Shown: in pieces, positions 57,302 to 64,000 of the stretch
How positions within the stretch are numbered: the first letter of the stretch is position 1
Layout: the number at the start of each line of letters is the position of its first letter
The notes under the pieces: model-generated
What the model was told of the DNA's origin: nothing
Database searches by the model: none
What the model saw: the letters and a program-made list of their open reading frames with translations, nothing else
Assembly (NCBI GenBank): GCA_965248755.1
Contig: OZ252149.1
Location: forward strand, 1,216,001 to 1,280,000
From: Candidatus Latescibacterota bacterium
Lineage (GTDB): Bacteria; Latescibacterota; CBDEFO01
DNA: 64,000 bases
Direction: 5' to 3'
Program-made: the position numbers and the translations under genes

Positions 57302-58927
57302 CCGACATTCCCCATATCACATTCATGAGGGATTATATTTCGATACATTCTTGTTTCTGAATTAATATTACCACTTTTACATTTTTCAACAAGTACTTTT
57401 TTCAATTAAAATAGTATTTTCCTCTGAATTATCACTTTCTTTGTGTTTAAATCCTCCAATTAGAGACACCTCTCCATCGACTCACAAAAAAATGTGGCAG
57501 TTTAAACAGAATAACATCGCAATCGTTCAATCCGGGATAATATTTCGGCAAATAACCTCTTGTCTATCCCAACCTCAGCCATTTGAAACGTAATATATCC
57601 GCTGTGTCTGACAATCTTCGCTCCGATTTTGATAAATTTCACGAGGAGGCTGCGTAGTGACCAGTGTTTGATTTTCTTCGGAAGAACAAAACGTCGCAGG
57701 AAGTTGCCCAAGTTGTAAGCCAGAACAAACAGCCAGAGCCTCACCTGATTGGAGACGAAACGCTTGCATGAGAGTCGGGTCCAGTTCAGAGCATACTTGC
57801 CCTCCTTAATCCACTGCTCAGCTCTGCCACGGCCATTGTAGAAGTGTACCACGCCTTCTGGCTTGGCGCTCATGTTGGTCACGATAAATCCCACTCTTGG
57901 GAATAACTCCCCTTGGTGCCATTCAACCTTGGCGACCACTCGCCTCGATTGATCCCAACTGGCCGCTTTATATTGAAATTCATATAACGATACAATCGGT
58001 TTCCTCGGCGGTCGTCCAACTGGCCGAGTCAGCAGGTATCGTATCTTTTCATAGAGTATCTCATTTGCGGGAAGCCGAATGGCATACAAATAGCCGTTTC
58101 CCTCCAGATAATCATAAATCTCAGGCTTTGCGAATGCAGCATCGCCTCGAAAGTATTTCCTATTCTTCTTGCTCTCGTATCTCTTGACGATCGGTTCCAG
58201 AACTTCCTTCCAACGATCAGCACTGTGAACATTACCAGAGCGAAGTAGGACTCCTTCACAATCCCCGAACTGATTGAAGCAGAACACTGGATGAAAACAG
58301 GTACATCCGAAATGACCGTTGTAAGCTGATCCTTCCTGCTGGCCATGTACCGGACTCTCCGAACTGTCCATGTCCAGAATGATTCGTTGATGCTGTGTTT
58401 TACTCATCGCTTTTTGAACCCACTTGCCATTGATATCTGACAAGTTTCTGAGATTGTCATGCTGAGTCAGTATATCAGTTTCAAAACGTCCTATCGTGTT
58501 GGAGCTGGCAGCTTGCCTGCCTTTGTCCTTCTTTCCGGTAATCGCTCGCATGACGGGATCAACGGATAATCGCTCGGCGTCATTTACATCTTCATATCCT
58601 GCAAGACGGCTGTATATCGATTGACGCAGGAGAGTAGATATATCATGTTGGATATTACGGCCTGTGCGTTTATCGGTAAAAACCGCTGATACCGAATCAA
58701 ATAATCCCAGTGCGTAATCAAGGTCACGATACGCAAGAAGTCCACCGTTTGATGTCACCTTTGCACCATGAAATTCAAGCTTTATTCCTCCATCAAAACC
58801 TACTTTCATTCTTTCACCCTCTGGATGATCAATATTTATCCGCCATTTATGAGTCTTATTTATTGTAATATAACATGTTCTGGCGACTTTGACAACCATT
58901 TTTCGGGTCTAATATGGCGAATGGGGG
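57302..58927 (-). mobile_element. IS1380-family insertion sequence (1626 bp)
   Basis: Terminal IRs CCGACATTCCCCATAT / CCCCCATTCGCCATAT; flanks TTAT and TTAA (no perfect target duplication). Confidence 0.85.
57502..58899 (-). CDS. IS1380 family DDE transposase
   Basis: TSNGGLL, GYEDVND, LDMDSS, RGDAAF and FYNGRGRAEQWIKEGK motifs. Start uncertain. Confidence 0.93.
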   Translation of the reverse strand: MVVKVARTCYITINKTHKWRINIDHPEGERMKVGFDGGIKLEFHGAKVTSNGGLLAYRDLDYALGLFDSVSAVFTDKRTGRNIQHDISTLLRQSIYSRLAGYEDVNDAERLSVDPVMRAITGKKDKGRQAASSNTIGRFETDILTQHDNLRNLSDINGKWVQKAMSKTQHQRIILDMDSSESPVHGQQEGSAYNGHFGCTCFHPVFCFNQFGDCEGVLLRSGNVHSADRWKEVLEPIVKRYESKKNRKYFRGDAAFAKPEIYDYLEGNGYLYAIRLPANEILYEKIRYLLTRPVGRPPRKPIVSLYEFQYKAASWDQSRRVVAKVEWHQGELFPRVGFIVTNMSAKPEGVVHFYNGRGRAEQWIKEGKYALNWTRLSCKRFVSNQVRLWLFVLAYNLGNFLRRFVLPKKIKHWSLRSLLVKFIKIGAKIVRHSGYITFQMAEVGIDKRLFAEILSRIERLRCYSV

Positions 58928-59090
58928 TTAAATGCACTTAATAAGGATCTCCTTAACCCGTTTAAAGTGCTGGGAACACTGCAAAGCCATGTCCCCGAGC
59001 GCTTTTTGCAGGAGCAATATGCGGAACAGAATCCGCGTTCTTTTGGCAAACGGGAAGTGATTTTATCCATGTATTTAACAGGGAAGTAAA

Positions 59091-62000
59091 ATGGACAAGC
59101 AACAAGCAAAAAACATCATTCAAGAAACGTTTGAAAAACCTTTCGATAAAGAGAGGTTTATCGGTTTCGTCAAGAATCTTCTCAATCAGATTGAAGATGC
59201 CACTTTTACATATCAGGGCAACTATATCCGGGATGCTTATTAACCTTACATTTCATCCCTGGAACGTATTGGCAAATACTCAGATGGCGAGCATGAAATT
59301 GACATCCTGATTGTCCAATTAAAGAAGTAAACTTCGCTTGAACGCGCCCGCACCATGCAGCGCAATTTCATCGCACGGTACTTGGACGGCAGCCGAGGCG
59401 GAGAACTGAAAGATGCTGCTTTGGTTGCCTTTGTTTCTCCCGGCGAAGCGGACTGGCGATTTTCGCTCGTTAAGATGGACTATCGTTTTGAAGAGAGCAA
59501 AACCGGCAAAATAAAAGTCAAAGAGGAGTTTACTCCTGCAAGACGCTGGTCTTTTCTGGTTGGCAGTAACGAAGCCAGCCACACTGCCCAGAGCCGGATT
59601 GTCCATATCCTTGCTGGCGATGAGCACAACCCTACCCTTAGCCAACTCGAAGAAACTTTTAACATTGAAACTGTTACGAGAGAGTTTTTTGAAAAATACC
59701 GTGAACTGTTTATTCGTGCCAAAGAGGCGTTGGATAAGGTTGTTGAGAAGGACAGCAAAGTAAAAGCCGATTTCGAATCAAAGGGCGTGGATACGGTTAA
59801 CTTTGCCAAGAAACTTCTGGGACAACTGGTGTTTCTGTATTTTCTGCAGAAGAAAGGCTGGTTCGGAGTCAAACGAAATGAAAAGTGGGGCTCGGGGTCA
59901 AAACACTTTTTACGTGAGCTCTTTGAGAAAAAACATGGCGACTACGGAAATTTCTATGACGATATTTTAGAAACACTTTTTTACGCAGCATTGCGAAACG
60001 ACCGTTCACACGATGACCACTATTTCAGTCAATTCAGATGCAAGATACCGTTTCTGAACGGTGGTCTTTTCGATCCGATGAATGATTATGACTGGGTTGA
60101 GACGGATATTCTTCTTCCAGATGAACTTTTCTCAAATAAGATCAAAACAAAAGAAAGCGATATTGGTACTGGCATTTTAGACATCTTTGACCGATACAAC
60201 TTCACTGTCAAAGAAAATGAGCCACTGGAAAAAGAAGTAGCTATCGACCCGGAGCTGCTGGGTAAAGCCTACGAGAAATTCAACGCTATTCGGCCTGATA
60301 ATTACGATGAATACAGGGCGGCGTTAAAGAGTGGGCAAAAGGGTGCAGAAAACAAATTCAACAAGAAATTTGGGGTTTACTATACCCCCCGGGAAATCGT
60401 GCACTATATGTGTCAGCAAAGTCTAATCAACTACCTGCACACAGATTTGAACAAGGGAACCACTTCATACCAAAGAATCGGTGAGTCTCAAACGAACGCT
60501 TTTGGCAACGAAACGAAAACAGGTCAATTAGATTTGACCAGTGAAAACCGAACTGAGCCAGAAATAGGTAAAGAAGACATCGAAACCCTGATCAAATCCG
60601 GTGAGCAGGTTGGCGAAAACGAAGTAACTGTGCTTGTCAAAGAAAAGAACATTGCAGAAGGGAAACAGCAAACCACAACACTCAGCTCAAATCTGCCAGA
60701 AAGCATCCGCCAGAATGCTCGGAGGATAGACGATGCGCTTGCCAATATTACCGTCTGCGACCCGGCCGTTGGCAGCGGAGCCTTTCCGGTGGGCATGATG
60801 CACGAGATTGTCAAAACGCGGAATGTGCTCTCTACTTTTGTCGAAGACCGAAACCACACCATTTACAGTTTCAAACGCGAATGCATTGAAAAATCGCTCT
60901 ACGGCGTGGATATTGACGCGGGCGCGGTCGAGATTGCCAAACTGCGACTCTGGCTCTCACTGGTGGTGGATGAGGATGACATCAAAAACATCAAGCCCTT
61001 GCCGAATTTGGATTACAAGATTGTCTGTGGAAACTCGCTTCTGGCTTACCCATATAAACCTACATGGACTCAGGAAGTGGAATCACTCAAGAAAAGATTC
61101 CTACTAGCCACTAGTCCCAAAGTAAAACAAGAGCTCAAGAATCAAATAGATTCTAAACTCAAAGGGTTTCTTGAGAACTCCAAAGAGTCCTTAGGTTATA
61201 GGGTAGACTTTGACTTTGAGATTTTCTTCTCGGAAGTTTTCTATGAAAAGGGTGGGTTTTATGTGGTGATTGCGAATCCGCCGTATGTGCAGATTCAGAA
61301 ATTACACGCTGATGCAAAAGACCAGCTCGCAAAACAGGGCTATTTGACCTTTGCGAAAACCGCTGATCTCTACTGCCTTTTCTACGAACGCGGGATTGCA
61401 GTTCTGCACTCGGGTGGTGTGCTGGTATTTATCTCCTCCAACAAATTTTTCCGGGCAGGCTACGGCGCTCCATTGCGGCAACTTCTGAACGAAAACAATG
61501 ACCTACTTGAAGTCATAGATTTCGGCGAACTGCCTGTCTTTGATGCCGGAACCGACCCCTGCATCATTCTGGTTGTAAAACGCCAGCCGCAGACAAAAAG
61601 CATAACAGCTGCCATTGTGAAGGATGTTTCCGGCATCCAGAATGTACGTCTGACTATGGAGCACATTGCATTTGAACTGGATCGAGGCAGCCTCAACAGC
61701 AACGGTTGGACACTCGAACATTCAAGTGTCATAAAGTTACTCGAAAAGATCCGCTCCGCTGGAAAGCCACTCGGCGAATATGTAAACGGGCGGTTTTATC
61801 GTGGGTTTTTGACTGGCTTCAATGAGGCCTTTGTCATCGACCGCGCCACCCGCGACAGGTTGATTGGTGAAGACCAGAAATCGGCTGAACTCATCAGGCC
61901 CTGGCTGCGCGGCAAGGATATTCGCCGCTGGTATGCCGATGATTGCGATTTGTTCGTGATCAATATACTCAGTAGTGCAAATACACAATGGCCATGGTCT

Positions 62001-62579
62001 GGTAGAAAGATTGATCATGCTAAGGCCGTTTTCAAAAAAGAATATCCCGCTGTTTTCAATCACCTAAAGCCACATAAGACAAAACTCATAAATCGGGATG
62101 ATCAGGGACAGTACTATTGGGAACTTCGATCCTGCGCGTACTACGAAGAATTTGAACGCACCAAGATTGTATATAACGAAACATCAAAAGAGCTTCATGC
62201 CCTGTTAGATGGCAACGGGTTACATATCAACAAGACAGGCTTCATCATTTTGTCCGAAGATGCCAAATTTCTGCTTGGAATTATAAATTCGCGGTTGATG
62301 GACTACCTCTATCGGTGCGAGTTTCCATCCTGGGGTGATCCGTGGCAGGGTGGTAGAATACAGTTTCGTGGCGACAGAATGGGGAAAATCCCCGTAGCTA
62401 TGGCCACCCCAAAACAGCAAATGGAAATCGAAACGCTTGTGGATAGAATTCTGGAACTGAAAAGAAAAACAATCGAAGCAGATGTCACCACCCTTGAAGC
62501 GGAGATTGACCAGATGGTCTATCAACTCTACGGTCTGACCAAGGAGGAGATGCGGATTGTGAAGGGAGAGAAGAAGTAA
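59091..62579 (+). pseudogene. Type IIG (Eco57I-like) restriction-modification enzyme with two premature stops in the N-terminal region
   Basis: ATG 59091 is in frame with the 59355-62579 ORF; TAA at 59241 and 59328. MTase motifs YYTP, DPAVGSG and NPPY; TaqI-C-like specificity region. Confidence 0.85.
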
Positions 62580-62599
62580 ACTCACAAAAAGGGAATAAA

Positions 62600-64000
62600 A
62601 TGTTTTTATCAGAACTTAAGATATGGAACTTTAGAAAATACGGCTCAGGCGAGGACGATGCTCCAGGGTTATATCTAGAGCTAAACAGAGGCCTAAATTT
62701 ACTTGTTGGTGAAAATGATTCAGGTAAAACAGCAATAATTGACGCGATAAAATACGTTCTACAAACACAAAGCCATGATAATCAGAAGTTAGAAGAAGAA
62801 GACTTTTTTCTACTACCGGGGGTAGAACCGACAGATGCAAATAGAGCAAAATCGTTTAAGATAGAATGTATATTTCGCGGTTTTCATGTTGAAAATAATG
62901 AAGCGGCTAATTTCATAGAATGGCTTGGTATCGAAAAGAATGGAAACGGTCATGACCAGTATTTTCTCAAAGTTATCCTGAATGCTGAACGGAAGGATAG
63001 AAAAACTACTTATGACATAAACGCTGGTCCTGATGACGAAGGAACTCAACTTGATGGAGCAGCAAGGGATTTTCTAAGAGTAACCTACCTGAAGCCACTA
63101 AGGGATGCGGAAAGAGAACTTATTCCAGGAAGAAGCTCCCGATTAGCTCAAATCCTAAAAAGCCATGAGGCTTTTTCTTCAGTTCCAGAGGCGGAACATC
63201 CAATTACCAAAATTGCTAAGAGTGCGAATAAACAAATCGAAGGTTTCTTCCGAGGGAAAGGTGAAGACGATAATGATATTTCAGACCAGTCTGAAAAAAA
63301 ATTGCTGTCAGATATAAATGAATATTTGAAAGAGTTCTTCACAGAAAAAGAAATTAACAAAATCGCTAAATTCACGATTTCCGGTCAAGGCTTGTCGGGT
63401 ATTTTAGAGAAGCTTATTCTTGATTTGGCTGAAGGAAATTCGGGCTTGGGTTCTTATAACCGGCTATATGTGGCTACAGAATTACTTCTCTTAAAGCGCA
63501 CTAACTATTACGGCTTGAAACTGTCATTGATTGAAGAAGTTGAGGCTCATCTACATCCACAAGCGCAATTGAGATTAATCGAGTATCTACGAGATGAAAT
63601 AGCGGAAAAATCTGCTGTTCAATTAATAATGACAACTCATAGCCCTAACTTGGCTTCAAAAGTTAAACTTGATAATCTTATAATTTGTAAGGGTGACAAA
63701 GCTTTCCCTATGGGAAGTGATATTACTGAATTGGAAAAAGGAGATTATCTATTTTTGGAGCGTTTCTTAGATGCTACAAAGGCTAATTTATTCTTTGCAC
63801 AGGGAGTTATTTTAGTTGAGGGCTATGCAGAAGAGATTTTGATTCCGGTTATAGCAGATATTCTTGGCAAGCCGTTTACAAAATATGGTGTATCGATTGT
63901 GAATGTTCAAAGCACTGCTTTCCTGAGGTATTCAAGAATTTTCAAAAGAAAATCGAGAGAAGGAATGGATGTTAAAGTAGCTGTGGTAACCGATAACGAC
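62600..64000 (+). CDS. OLD-family ATP-dependent endonuclease (ABC ATPase plus TOPRIM; GajA-like), runs off the window
   Basis: Manual translation: NFRKY, GENDSGKT, IEEVEAHLHPQAQ, TTHSPN, ILVEG, TDND. Absent from the ORF track because it has no stop in the window. Confidence 0.9.
   Translation, partial: MFLSELKIWNFRKYGSGEDDAPGLYLELNRGLNLLVGENDSGKTAIIDAIKYVLQTQSHDNQKLEEEDFFLLPGVEPTDANRAKSFKIECIFRGFHVENNEAANFIEWLGIEKNGNGHDQYFLKVILNAERKDRKTTYDINAGPDDEGTQLDGAARDFLRVTYLKPLRDAERELIPGRSSRLAQILKSHEAFSSVPEAEHPITKIAKSANKQIEGFFRGKGEDDNDISDQSEKKLLSDINEYLKEFFTEKEINKIAKFTISGQGLSGILEKLILDLAEGNSGLGSYNRLYVATELLLLKRTNYYGLKLSLIEEVEAHLHPQAQLRLIEYLRDEIAEKSAVQLIMTTHSPNLASKVKLDNLIICKGDKAFPMGSDITELEKGDYLFLERFLDATKANLFFAQGVILVEGYAEEILIPVIADILGKPFTKYGVSIVNVQSTAFLRYSRIFKRKSREGMDVKVAVVTDND

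Noticed and set aside
59241..59330. Stop-codon reassignment (TAA read-through)
   Set aside because: TAA terminates this gene and many neighbours normally; nonsense mutation or sequence error is simpler.
62220..63375. Short minus-strand ORFs
   Set aside because: Antisense to the RM gene and the OLD-family gene.
1..64000. CRISPR array or cas genes
   Set aside because: No regularly spaced direct repeats with unique spacers, and no Cas motifs seen.

Overview
The window has three parts. (1) 1-19.8 kb is ordinary bacterial chromosome: a partial larC, an M23 peptidase, sugar-acid/amino-acid enzymes, cysK, a split UxaA/SuyAB-type lyase, Bat-like TPR genes, apgM and tRNA-Arg(CCG). It carries several families of short palindromic repeats, one of which also sits inside coding sequences. 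(2) About 19.8-56.0 kb is a mosaic, visibly more AT-rich integrative element anchored at the 3' end of tRNA-Arg(CCG), starting with an integrase and excisionase. It has no recognisable virion or type IV conjugation genes. It carries an IS3; a translationally coupled operon of TolC-like protein, membrane ATPase, YdjM-hydrolase/MFP-like fusion and Xer-like recombinase; SprT; an HTH-NB-ARC-TPR gene plus a TIR-like gene; a HerA/MoxR-AAA/vWA-metallopeptidase trio; ssb and a Rad52-like annealase; a BrnT-like toxin-antitoxin pair; an FCB-type secreted operon ending in a 12-Cys peptide; and two blocks that look archaeal (archaeal-type integrase with a TATA-like box, AbrB-like genes, ATPase-nuclease). 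(3) About 56.0-64 kb is a patchwork of gene fragments (rlmN, SPFH), an IS1380, a type IIG restriction-modification gene with two in-frame stops, and the start of an OLD/GajA-like nuclease. An FCB-group host is inferred from the FlgD-Ig/T9SS-like C-terminal domain only. All calls come from motif recognition by eye; no database searches were run.
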